The notes beneath the pieces are model-generated. The model was not told the origin of the DNA and searched no databases. It was given only the letters and a program-made list of their open reading frames with translations. This document shows, piece by piece, positions 1-11,334 of a stretch of 64,000 bases of DNA; position 1 is the first letter of the stretch, and every line of letters starts with the position of its first letter. The DNA comes from Mustelus asterias (taxonomy: Eukaryota). The stretch lies in the NCBI RefSeq assembly GCF_964213995.1, contig NC_135807.1, positions 73,284,001-73,348,000 on the forward strand, given 5' to 3'. Position numbers and translations under genes: made by a program.

Positions 1-28
1 GAAAAAGTCAAAAAGGCTGTTATAAAGC

Positions 29-382
29 ATAGAGGATCATAGATCATAGAAACCCTACAGTGCAGAAGGAGGCCATTCGGCCCATCGAGTCTGCACCGAC
101 CACAATCCCATCCAGGCCCTACCCCCACATATTTACCCGCTAATCCCTCTAACCTACGCATCTTAGGACTCTAAGGGGCAATTTTTTTTTTTTAACCTGG
201 CCAATCAACCTAACCCGCACATCTTTGGACTGTGGGAGGAAACCGGAGCACCCGGAGGAAACCCACGCAGACACGAGGAGAATGTGCAAACTCCGCACAG
301 ACAGTGATCCGAGCCGGGAATCAAACCTGGGACCCTGGAGCTGTGAAGCAGCAGTGCTAACCACTGTGCTACCGTGTCGCCC
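29..382 (-). mobile_element. HE1-type V-SINE (tRNA-derived head, V-domain, CR1-like tail)
   Basis: Minus strand reads cacggtagcacagtggttagcactgctgcttcacagctccagg...gtctgcgtgggtttcctccgggtgctccggtttcctcccacagtccaaagatgtg...gggccgaatggcctccttctgcactgtaggg + (tctatga)n tail; several related copies in the window. Confidence 0.9.
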
Positions 383-1190
383 AAGAAAGGATCCTTGGCT
401 TCATAAGCAGAGGTATAGAATGCAAAAGAAGTTAGAAATAGAAGACTTCATGTATCTAGAGGCGCAAGGGACACATGCATATATCTAATTTCCATGGCTT
501 GTGTTTTCCTGGAACAGGTCACTAGTCTGAGGTGCATCACTCCATATTAAGCATAGTCAGCCAAGAATCTCTCCTGTTTGTACCACCTACCACAGGCCTG
601 TTGGGAGGATTTGCAGGTTGATAATCAAACTGTTTGGTTGAATTACGAAGGCACTTTCCTTGGCCATCAAGTCCTGGGGTGGACTGAGACTGGGAGCTTT
701 TGGTTCAGAGGCAGGGATTCTATCCACTGCCCCACAAGACCTCCAGAAGAAGTTATGTTAAACCTTTATAGATCATTGGTTCAGCTAAGTATTATGTCTG
801 ATTCTAAGCAGCACGTTTTAGAAAGGATGTCAAAATCTTGGAGAAGAAGCAGTGGAGATTGAATAGAATGTTATTGGGAATGAGGGGCTTCAGTTACAGG
901 GCAAGACGAGAGGAATAAGGGTGTTTTCCTTAGATCAGAGAAGATGAAGAGGAAGTTTAATAGAGATGTTCAGAACTATGAAGATTTTTGATAAAGTAAA
1001 TGAGGAGAAATGATTTCCATTGGTAGGTCTGTCAGTAACAATAGACATAGATTCCAGGTGATTGACAAAAAATTCAGTTGTGACACGAGGAAACAATTCT
1101 TTACACTGTGAGTTGTCATCTGGAATGCTCGGCCTGAAGTGGTAAAAGGAGCAAATTCAATCAGAACTGTCATAAAGGATTTGGATAACC
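383..1190 (+). mobile_element. Old CR1 LINE 3' fragment, interrupted by a SINE at ~490-745
   Basis: Degenerate match to the CR1 ORF2 C-terminus seen intact at 49641-50200 (LNLYRSLV..., gaagtttaatagagatgttc, ttctttacactgtgagttg...tggaatgc). Confidence 0.65.
490..745 (-). mobile_element. tRNA-headed SINE of a second family
   Basis: Minus strand ggaggtcttgtggggcagtggatagaatccctgcctctgaacc...ggacttgatggccaagg; related head on the plus strand at ~55445-55560 (gttcgagtccc B-box). Confidence 0.55.
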
Positions 1191-1614
1191 AACGCACCAT
1201 CTACTGCAGGATGTACTGCAGGAACTAGCCAAGACAACCTTCCACATCTACAACCAGTACCACCTAAACTGGCAAAGGCAGCAGCTACATGGGAACCATG
1301 ACTTCTCTGATCTAAGGAAAACATCCTTATTCCTCAAATCTTGTCATGTAATTGAAGCTATTTAGGAAGTAGGATTGGAATTTAAAGGAATCAAAATGTT
1401 CCAAAATAATGAAATCAGGTTACAGGAATAGAGCCTGGGAGGGACTGTTGTCAGTACAGACTTGATGGGCCAAATGGCCTCCTTCTGTACTGTAGGGATT
1501 CTATGATTCTACAAAAGAAGGCTAGAGTACTCTACATGCCATTGCTAAACTTTAAAAAAAAATCCCATCAGTCCCATTACCCTGCCCTTATGCAGTAACC
1601 CTGCAATTCTTTTT

Positions 1615-1998
1615 TATTTATTCATTCACAGGATGCGGGCGTCACTGGGCTAGGCCAACATTTATCATCAATTTGCATTTGGGAAGATGGTGGTGAGCTG
1701 CCTTCTTGAATCGCTGCTGTCCATGTGGTGTAGCTACATCATGATGTGGAGATGCCGGCGTTGGACTGGGGTAAACACAGTAAGAAGTTTAACAACACCA
1801 GGTTAAAGTCTAACAGGTTTATTTGGTAGCAAATAAACCTGTTGGACTTTAACCTGGTGTTGTTAAACTTCTTACTGTGTAGCTACATCCACAGCAGTTA
1901 GGAACAGAATTCCAGGATTTTGACCCAGCAACAGTGAAGGAACAACAATACAGTTCCAAGTTTGAATGGTGTGTGGCTTGGAGCAGAACTTACAGGTG
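1615..1998 (-). mobile_element. 3' fragment of the single-ORF LINE family (see 6392-9720)
   Basis: Reverse complement matches 9480-9715 (aagaaggcagctcaccaccatcttc, aaatgttggcctagccc, atgaataaa tail). Confidence 0.75.
1741..1876. mobile_element. Penelope-like element remnant (family A), fold-back hairpin
   Basis: About 50-bp inverted arms (acacagtaagaagtttaacaacaccagg...tttattt / aaataaacc...cttactgtgt); 13-bp TSD gtgtagctacatc at 1728-1740 and 1877-1889. Confidence 0.7.
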
Positions 1999-2194
1999 GT
2001 TATGTTAAACTTTTATGGATCATTGGTTCGACTAAGTATTATGTCTGATTCTAAGCAGCACGTTTTAGAAAGGATGTCAAAATCTTGGAGAAGAAGCAGT
2101 GGAGATTGAAAGAATGTTATTGGGAACGAGGGGCTTCAGTTACAGGGCAAGACTAGAAAATAAGGATGTTTTCCTTAGATCAAAGAAGACCTAG

Positions 2195-2333
2195 ACAAAC
2201 TGGAGCACCCGGAGTAAGCCCACGCAGACACGGGGACAATGCGCAAACTCCACACAGGCAGTCACCCAAGGCTGGAATCAAACTCAAGCCCCTGGTGCTG
2301 TGAGACAACAGTGCTAACCACTGTGCCACCATG
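2195..2333 (-). mobile_element. HE1-type SINE, 5' part
   Basis: Matches the head and V-domain of 29-382. Confidence 0.8.
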
Positions 2334-2472
2334 CAATTCTATGATTCCATGATTTTACAAACAACCACTGAAAATTTGTTGCACCCATCTTCATTAAGCT
2401 GTTGCAGCCAACATTTTTGAACATATTTAAACATGTAGCTTTCCTGTTTATTATTTTTTGACACATATAGCA

Positions 2473-2488
2473 CAGCGCCATCTGGCGT
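2473..2488 (-). promoter_or_regulatory. Candidate CTCF-like motif
   Basis: Minus strand ACGCCAGATGGCGCTG resembles the CTCF core CCACYAGRKGGCRS; CpGs retained in unique, CpG-poor sequence. Confidence 0.3.
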
Positions 2489-2783
2489 ACACGCAGGTGA
2501 GAAAGATTGCAGTTTGTGTGTTAAGGGAGTGAAATTTCTCTAACAGGTTTTCAGTTTCAAAATGTTAGTCATAGTTGCCTGGTGCATAGAAAGTAATAAG
2601 CAACCCCAATGGGTTTTTGAAATTAATTATCTTTGCTCAGATTTTGTTCCTGTTTACAAGGGGAACCCAATTTAGATTCACCAGGTACAAGGATTCCTAC
2701 CCCAACACCATGTTCAGCCCAAGAACTTTTAGGACTCAGCATTACCTAGGTAATATTAGAAGAATTCTGGTCCATCTAGAAGC

Positions 2784-2831
2784 TTACTGTGTTTACCCCA
2801 GTCCAACGCCGGCATCTCCACATCATGACTA
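2784..2831 (+). mobile_element. 48-bp Penelope-like (family A) 3' end insertion
   Basis: ttactgtgtttaccccagtccaacgccggcatctccacatcatgacta flanked by 12-bp TSD ccatctagaagc (2772-2783, 2832-2843). Confidence 0.7.
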
Positions 2832-3373
2832 CCATCTAGAAGCACAGGAGTTGATAATGTCATGTTCAAGGATTCTGGCACATTTGCACATTGTACACAG
2901 GTAACCTATATCATGGATTAGTAAGGCATTGCTGTTGCATGCAGAGCATAAGAAATAAGATCAGGCAGGATTAGACAATTTGGCTTTGAGTCTACTATGT
3001 CATTCAACAAGATCATGGCTGATTGTCTATATCAATTCCATCTTCCCATACCATCCCCATTTTTCTTAATTCCCTTAAAACCCAAAAATCTATCAGTCTT
3101 TGGTTTCTTTAATTATTCTTTCATCAGGATGTGGGCATCAATGGCTAAGCCAGTATTTTTTACTGCCCATCCCTAATTGTCCTTGAGAAAGTGGTGGTGA
3201 GCCGTCTTCTTAAATTGCTGCAGTTCATATGGTGAAGGTGACCCATAGTACTGTTTGAAAGACAGTTCCAGGATTTTGACCCAGCGACACTGAAGTAACA
3301 ATCAGGATGGTGTGTGGCTTGGAGGGAAACTTGGTGGTGTACCCATGTCCTTTTAAGTGGTAAAACGTCTTTT

Positions 3374-3727
3374 AAAAAAAAAATTAACTTGTGGAACATG
3401 GGTGTCACTGGCTGGCCAGCATTTATTGCCCATCCCTAGTTGCCTGAGGGCAGCTGAGAGTCAACCACGTTGCTGTGGCTCTGGACTCTCATGTAGGCAA
3501 CACTAGGCAAGGACGGCAGATTTCCTTCCCTAAAGGACATTAGTGGACGAGATGGGTTTTTCTGACAATCGACAATGGTTTTATGGTTATCTCAATTCCA
3601 GATTTTTTTATTAAGTTCAAGTTCCACCATCTACCATGGCGGGATTCGAACCCAGGTCCCCAGAACATTAGCTGAGTTTCTGGATTAATTGTCTAGTGAT
3701 AATACCACTAGGTCATCGCCTCTCCTG
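3374..3727 (-). mobile_element. tRNA-headed SINE sharing body and tail with the single-ORF LINE
   Basis: Minus strand gaggcgatgacctagtggtatta (A-box) ... gggttcgaatccc (B-box) ... gtggttgactctcagctgccctc|aggcaactagggatgggcaataaatgctggcc. Confidence 0.8.
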
Positions 3728-3747
3728 GGAAGGTACTTTTGGAGGAA

Positions 3748-3875
3748 ATAAATGCAAAATACTGCTTTTGTTGGAATCTGATGAAGGGTCATCTAGACTC
3801 GAAATGTTGGCTCCATTCTCTCTCCACAGATGCTGTCAGGGTTACTGAGATTTTCCAGCATTTTTCTGTTCTTGC
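3748..3875 (+). mobile_element. Penelope-like remnant (family B) with hammerhead core and short inverted 5' piece
   Basis: CTGATGA-A-GGGTC-atcta-GACTC-GAAA-tgtt at 3778-3808, followed by tctctccacagatgctg...ttttccagcatt shared with 16480-16540. Confidence 0.6.
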
Positions 3876-4422
3876 TTTTGGAGGGGCCTTGGTGAGTTTG
3901 GGCAGTGCATCTTGTAGATGGCACACACTATTGCCACCACGCGTTGGTGGAAAGAGCGAATGTCACAGCTGGTGGATGAGATGCCAATCAAGCCGACTTT
4001 TTCACAGTAATTCCATTGCAGTGTTAATGTAAGCCTACTTGTCCTGGTTGGTGTTGAGCTTCTTGAGTGTTGCTTGAGCTGCACTCATCCAGACAAGTGG
4101 AGAGTATTCCATTAGACTCATGGCTTGTGCCTTGTAGATGGTGGACAGGTTTTGGGGAGTTAGGAAGCGAGTTACTCGCCACAGAATATATTCCGTCTTG
4201 AATATACTCAGCAAGTGAACATTTACAGCTCTCTGGGGTAGAAACTTCCAAAGATACAAAATCTTTTGAGTGAAGAAGGTCCTCCTTATCTCAATGCTAA
4301 ACGGCCAACCCCTTTTTTTCTGAGACTGTGATCCTGTGTTCAAGATTATGTGGTTAGAGGATTTATTTTTTAAGCATTTACCCTTAAAAACATAATTGCT
4401 GAAAATCTCCGTCCTTATTTGT

Positions 4423-4535
4423 GGCTAGGATTCTCCAGTGCCACTGAAAGTGAAATGGAGTTTTGGCTGGAATGCTAAACTCTCCGTTCTCTTTTGCAGT
4501 GAGGTGGGCATGGAAGAGATCGGAGAATCCTGCCC
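4423..4535. mobile_element. Short MITE, Harbinger-like TIRs
   Basis: Terminal inverted repeats ggctaggattctcc / ggagaatcctgccc. Confidence 0.5.
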
Positions 4536-6120
4536 AATATGTTTTAAGAAGATCACCTCTCATTCTTCTCAACTTCAGCGAACACAAGCCCAATCTATTT
4601 AATCTCTCCTTATTTGGTAATGATATCCAAATTGTGCATAGCATTGCAGATGTGCTCTGTATAATTGTAGTGAGACTTCTTCAAACCAGTTCCTTTGTAA
4701 CAAAAGTTGACATACCATTTGTAGTGCCAAATTTGGACATCCAGGTATCCTTTTGACCATCTTTACCATTGAGTTTAAGAGGAGAGTAGGAGATTGCAGT
4801 ATTGGCAGAGGTATGAAATACAAGCTAGCCTAGATAAATAAATGAATATCATTTCATGTGTCTTATACAACTTAATCTAAAGGAAAAAATGCATAAGATG
4901 AGCACAGGCTATGCTTTGGAGCATATCGTTCACTGAACTACAACATCCACAATGTCTCCTTTTAACAAGCAAGGGATTTATCGATTATGAACCTCAGTCA
5001 GTCCCATCAACGGTCATATTTGTTGAATGCCATCTGTTTCTGCAAGAAAAGTACGCACTTCTTTAGAGGTAAGTCTGTAGGGAAACAGAGGTTGCACCAT
5101 ATTGTATATGACTCTGATAGAATACAAAGTACAAAGTAATTAAGCTTACTAGCTGAAGATTGAAAGTGAATTATGTTGTCTAACTCATTCTATTTGTGCA
5201 CAAGAATAGTTAGGGATAATCATTCTCGGGTGCTAACACATGCTGTTGCTTTGCCTATTGCAGAAATGTCCGCATTCTCTGACTTTTCCACTTCATTTAC
5301 AGCAGGCCACTGGCAAAATTCAAATCTAACAATGTTCAGGCAGAAAAGATCAGCATTCTCAGACTTTTAGTTCAGGTTATTATATTGAATTACATCAGAT
5401 CTACATAGCAGAAATAGGCCATTCAGTCCTAGCAATCTGTCGGCATGTATACTACACATGGATCTCCTCCCGCCAGTGAGGTAAATGATGTAAAGCATTG
5501 ATGTAAAGCAATGTGATAAACCTGCACTTATCTTCAAATCAGACATCTCGAGGGGAAATTAACCACTGAGTGGGCTTGGATCAGGTAGCATGTAAAATCT
5601 TTTAAAATCTGAACACAACCAGCCTTAAACCACCCACTTCTGGTTCTAATGGAGATGGACAGAAGGCGGGCAACCAACCCTCTTCTAAGGGGCAGGTTGG
5701 TCATTTGAATATTTTAATGAGGCTGCATGCCACAGATTTTATCTCTCTTCCAGGTTTAACACTGGTTGCCAAGGTTTTCCAGGCCTCAAGAAACCCAGAA
5801 GCTAAAGGGAGGCAGGGATTGCTGCATGCGAGAGGCAGATATCTTCGCAGCACTGCTTGTGGGCCAGGACAAGCAGGAGTGCTTCCTCCAAGATCCCAAA
5901 GCCAAATTGCTTCCCTCAAGACCAGACTCCACCATTGTGATTGGACTACCTTCCGTGATTGGACCGCTTCCCACAAATAGATACCCTTCAGCATGATTGG
6001 ACCATTCCCCCCTCCCCTTCCAATGATGTGCTCGCCCCCTTCCGCCCACATCTCAAGGTGGTATCTTCGATATTTGCTAGGCTCTGTGTCTAGTGATGGA
6101 CTGTCATTTCCTCATTTCTT

Positions 6121-6391
6121 CATGATGTGAAAATGCCGGCGTTGGACTGGGGTGGGCACAGTAAAAAGTCTCACAACACCAGGTTAAAGTCCAACAGGTT
6201 TACTTGGAACCATGAGCTTTTGGAGCACTGCCCTCTCTCCACTTGCACTGTCTGTACATGTAAAGACTTGATTACCTGAAAAGACTTGCATTCCAACCAT
6301 TATCTTGCTATTGTGTTTTTGTCCATATATGTCGTGTTTGAGAAACCTACCTCTCCGCTCACCTGATGAAGGAGCAGTGCTCCAAATGCTC
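6121..6391. mobile_element. Penelope-like remnant (family A), inverted plus direct segments
   Basis: 6121-6232 is the reverse complement of the 3' end seen at 44710-44816; the direct part ends in a decayed hammerhead tcacCTGATGAaggagcagtgctccaaatgctc (6359-6391). Confidence 0.65.
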
Positions 6392-9300
6392 ATGTGGTTG
6401 ACTCTTAGCTGCCCTCTGAAATGGCCTAGCAAGCCACTCAGTTGTAACAATCGCTATAAAGTCTCAACAAAGAAATGAAACCGGACGGGACCACCTGACA
6501 TTGACCTTGGCACCGGAAAAGACGATGGCAAAGCAAACAGCCCTGTCGACCCTGCAAAGTCCTCCTTACTAACATCTGGGGGCTAGTGCCAAAATTGGGA
6601 GAGCTGTCTCACAGACTAGTCAAGCAACAGCCTGACATAGTCATTCTCACGGAATCATACCTTACAGATAATAGCCCCAGACACCACCATTACCATCCCT
6701 GGATATGTTCTATCCCACCAGCAGGACAGACCCAGCAGAGGCGGCACAGTCGGGAGGGAGTTGCCCTGGGAGTCCTTAACATTGACTCCGGATCCCATGA
6801 ATCTCATGGCTTCAGATTAAACATGGGCAAGGAAACCTCTTACTGGTTACCATGTACCGCCCTCCTTCGGCTGATGAATCAGTATTCCTCCATATTGACC
6901 AACACTTGGAGGAAGCACTGTGGATGGCAAGGGCGCAAAATGTATTCTGGATGGGGGGATTTCAATGTTCACCACCAAGAGTGGCTCAGCAGCAGCACTA
7001 CTGATCGAGCTAGTCAGGTCCTAAAGGATATAACTGCTAGACTGGGTCTACAGCAGGTGGTGAAGGAACCAACAAGAGGAAATAACATACTTGACCTCAT
7101 CTTTACCAATCTGCCAGCTGCAGATGCAATGGTCCATGACAGTATCAGAAAGAGTGACCACCGCACAATCCTTGTGGAGACGAAGTCCCGCCTTCACATT
7201 GAGAATAACCTCCATCGTGTTGTGTGGCACTATCACCGTGATAAGTGGGGCAGACTTCAAACCAATCTAGCAACTCAAGACTGGGCATCCATGAGGTGCT
7301 GTGGGCCATCAACAGCAGCGGAATTGTACTCCAGCACAATCTGCAATCTCATGTCCCAGCATATCCTCCATTCAACCATTACCATCAAGCCAGGGGATCA
7401 ACCCTGGTTCAATGGAGAGTGCAGGAGTGTGGTGAACCATCGTTGGTTCCCACTAGATAGTACTGAGCCAGGGTCTGGCCAGTACTACAAGTATGTATAT
7501 ATGTTGCTGTTGGGGTTAGGGATGGGTTGTTCTACTTGTTGCTGTTGGGGTTAGGGTTGGGCTGTTACACCTTGTATTATAGTTATTGTGGTTCATCCCA
7601 GTCGGGCTCCACCTCCTGGGAGAGGTATAAAGGTCTCTGCTCTGTCTGGGACCCCTCAGTCTGGGATCGTGTATATAATTAGTAGCTTCATTGTTACAGC
7701 AAATAAAAGCCTTTATTTCCTGAGCATCTCAAGCCTCGTGTGTGATAACGTGCATCAAGGAGGGCCTGCCAGGAGCAGCACCAGGCATGTCTAAAAATGA
7801 GGTGTCAACCGCTTGAAACTACCAAACAGGATTACTTGCATGCCAAATGACAAAAACAGCAAGTGATAGACAGAGCTAAGCGATCCCACTACCAACGGAT
7901 CAGATCTAAGCTCTGCAGTCTTTCCACATCCAGTCGAGAATGGTGGTGGACAATTAAACAACTCACTGGAAGAGGAGGCTCCACAAATATCCCCATCCTC
8001 AATGATGGAGGAGCCCAGCACATCAGTGCAGAAGATAAGGCTGAAGTATTCGCAGCAATCTTCAGCCAGAAGTGCCGAGTGGATGATCCATCTCGGCCTC
8101 CTCCAGTGGTCCCCAGCATCTCAGATGCCAGGCTCCAGCCAATTCGATTCACTCCACGTGATATCAAGAAACGGTTGGAGGCACTGGATACTGCAAAGGC
8201 AATGGGCCCTGATAACATTCCAGCAATAGTAATGAAGACTTGTGCTCCAGAACTTGCCGTTCCCCTAGCCAAGCTCTTCCAGTACAGTTACAACACGGGC
8301 ATCTACTCAACAATGTAGAAAATTGCCTGTACACAAAAAGCAGGACAAATCCAATCCGGCCAATTACAGCCCGATCAGTCTACTCTCGATCGTCAGTAAA
8401 ATGATGGAAGGGATTATCAACAGTGCTATCAAGCAGCACCTGCTCAGCAATAACCTGCTCAGTGATGCCCAGTTTGGGTTTCACGAGGGTCACTCAGCTC
8501 CTTTCCTCATTACAGCCTTGGTTCAAACATGGACAAAAGAGCTGAATTCCAGGGGTGAGGTGAGAGTGACAGCCCTTGACATCAAGGCCGCATTTGACCA
8601 AGTGTGGCATCAAGGAGCCCTAGCAAAACTGGAATCAACGGGACAAATTCTCCGCTGGTTGGAGTCATTTCTGGTACATAGGAAGGTGGTTGTGGTTGTG
8701 GAGGGTCAGTCATCTCAGCTCCAGGACATCTCTGCAGGAGTCCCTCAGGATAGTGTCCTAGGCCCAACTGTCTTCAGCTGCTTCAATGGCCTTCCCTCCA
8801 TCATAAGGTCAGAAGTGGGGTTGTTCGCCAATGATTGCACAATGTTCAGCACCATCCGCGACACCTCAGATACTGAAGCAGTCCATGTTCAAATGCAACA
8901 AGATCTGGACAATACCCAGGCTTGGGCTGACAAGTGCCAAATAACATTCACGCCACACAAATGTCAGGCAATGACCATCACCAATAAGAGACATGCTAAC
9001 CACCGCCCCTTAACATTCAATGGTGTAACCATCACTGAATCCCCCACTGTCAACATCCTTGGGGTTACCATTGACCAGAAACTCAACTGGACTCACTACA
9101 TAAACACAGTGGCTACAAGAGCAGGTCAGAGGCTAGGGATACTGGGGTGAGTAACTCACCTCCTGACTCCCCAAAGCCTATCCACCATCTAGAGGGCACA
9201 AGTCAGGAGTGTGATGGAATACTCCCCACTTGCCTGGATGGGTGCAGCTCCAACAACACTCAAGAAGCTTGACACCATCCACGACAAAGCAGCCTGCTTG

Positions 9301-9720
9301 ATTGGCACCACATCCACAAACATTCAAAACCTCCACCACCAACGCTCAGTAGCAGCAGTGTGTACTATCTACAAGATGCACTGCAGCAATTCACCAAAGG
9401 TCCTTAGACAGTATCTTCCAAACCCACAACTACTTCCATCTAGAAGGACAAGGGCAGCAAATAAATGGGAACACCACCACCTGCAAGTTCCCCTCCAAGC
9501 CACTCACTGTCCTGACTTGGAAATATACCGCTGTTCCTTCACAGTCACTGGGTCAAAATCCTGGAATTCTCTTCCTAATGGCATTGTGGGTCAAACCACA
9601 GAACATGGACTGCGACGTTTCAAGAAGGCATCTCACCAGCACCTTCTCAAGGGCAACTAGGGATGGACAATAAATGCTGGCCAGCCAGCGACACTCATGT
9701 CCCATGAATGAATTTTTAAA
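6392..9720 (+). pseudogene. Decayed single-ORF LINE (APE endonuclease + RT, CR1-group-like), split by a solo LTR
   Basis: APE motifs TNIWGL, DIVILTES, GDFNVHH, LDLIFTN, SDH; RT motifs KAMGPDNIP, NYSPISLLS, DIKAAFD, GVPQDSVLGP, FANDC; frameshifts and stops; tail caagggcaactagggatgg...atgaatgaa. Confidence 0.9.
7428..7757 (+). mobile_element. Solo LTR (330 bp)
   Basis: TG...CA ends, 5-bp TSD aggag (7423-7427, 7758-7762), TATAAA at 7626, AATAAA at ~7702; removing it restores LINE continuity. Confidence 0.85.
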
Positions 9721-11334
9721 AATTGACAGTTAGTGTAATGTACAGTGTTGCTTTTTCACTATTAGGGGAGTTAATCGATAATTCAGATCAATTATTGCAA
9801 GATTTTTCTGATTGCTTGTCCAATTGTATGTTAGTTTCAGCACAGCTTAGTTTTCTGAATTAAGTCTGCCTATTCCAATTAGTAGGATTTAGTAAAAGAA
9901 AGAGGGGGAAAAATCTTTCATTTAAAGCACAGTCCGTGCAGAATGACCTGAAATTTATTCTGTGTACACCACAAAACAGTAAGTGTTTTGTTAGTGGAAA
10001 TTTTCATTTGAGGAAAACATTTGCTCAGGCACTGTTAACCTTCATACATTCTACAGTTGTTGCTTAATAACAGGAATTACATCAGAACATTTCACTCACC
10101 GCATGTGTGTTTCTATTAAGGGCGTCTCAATATTTGATGATAAGACTGTGCCAAAATCTCAAAGCCATGATCGGAACAGTACAAAACAGACATGTATGCT
10201 ACTTGGCCTCTCTAAGCTTGAATTCAGTTTGTTTTACAGCAAGTGAAATGCAGTTAAGTATCCAACTGCTGATTGTGAACTCAAGTGCTGTTTCTGTTAG
10301 CTACCCCATACTGAGTGCAAATAGCCAGATAAAAGTTTGTTTACATGCACGCTATGTAAGAACCATCTGCATATTTTTTTTCCTAAAGGTACCTATCACA
10401 GTATTATTAATCCAATATTTTTTTAAAAATCAACTTGAGCATCAAATGTCCTCATTTTCCCCTGCTTTTAGCAGAGCACCATCCAAGCTGAAGATTGAAA
10501 ATAAATATGTCACTACTTGTTTCATGTCATTAATCCCACTTGAACAGGACTGCTACAACTATTGTGCCTCGTGAGAATATTCCCTTGGATATAACTGTGA
10601 AAACTCATGTGTAGTGCGTGGCTCATATATCTGAAAGCAAAGACAAATAGCACCGAACAAAAAGGTGAAAAAAGATCAGCGCTTGATCATTTTGTCTGTG
10701 ATGTGCCGTTTATGCACTCGGTCTACATGTACTAATTAAATATGAGGCTTCGTCTGCCTGGGGACCCAGCAGTTGTCAGCACAGACCAGGCCGTGTCCAT
10801 CCCAAGGGGAGGCGATGCTGCAGTGGGGCACTTTTTCATGGGCTACCTGCTTCAGCTCATCTAAGCAACAATGATAGCCATATGTGAAGCTGCAGGAAAA
10901 CAGATGCTGTTTCTCCATTTGTGAAATCAAGTTGTTGGAAAACGGTCAGATTTTCAATTGCCGAATGTGCGACAGGAAAACAAAGAGAAAGGGACTGAAT
11001 ATCTGATAGGAATTCTAGTTGCCAGTTTATGGGCTGTTTGCGCTGCTTGTATCAATTTATTTTTTTTTTAAACTTACTCTTGCTGCAGAGAGCTGCAGCC
11101 TTAATGAAGAACATTAATTTTTGTGCATGTGTGCCTGTGGTCACATTACTGCTAATTACTGGGCATTTTCCTTTATCTATTTCCAAGAAAGCCTCCTCTG
11201 GTTAGAGACAAAAAAATGTTTACGATGCTTTCATTTTCTAATCAGCATAAATTACATACATCAATCAGTGTAGTTTTAAATTAAAACTTCATTTGGCAAA
11301 CTAATATATACATTTCGGCCCCAGTGGTGGATCA

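Larger units (their letters stand above)
3110..4190 (-). mobile_element. 3' fragments of the single-ORF LINE family with nested insertions
   Basis: ORF 4035..4343 contains LTPQNLSTIYKAQ...MEYSPLVWMSAAQATLKKL, matching MEYSPLAWMGAAPTTLKKL at 9211. Confidence 0.75.

Noticed and set aside
149-488. Recurrent short ORFs (MVSTAASQ..., CGRKPEHPEETH...)
   Set aside because: Translations of HE1-type SINE copies, not genes.
4970-5074. Exon ending at a strong donor gag|gtaagt
   Set aside because: Weak acceptor, unrecognised peptides, no partner exons; similar isolated donors at ~9979 and ~47775 are also unsupported.
7511-7561. Interstitial telomeric repeat
   Set aside because: Only two isolated TTAGGG units inside a 35-bp duplication in a solo LTR.
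10107-10574. 155-aa ORF in unique DNA
   Set aside because: Non-AUG start, no recognisable domain, composition typical of AT-rich non-coding DNA.
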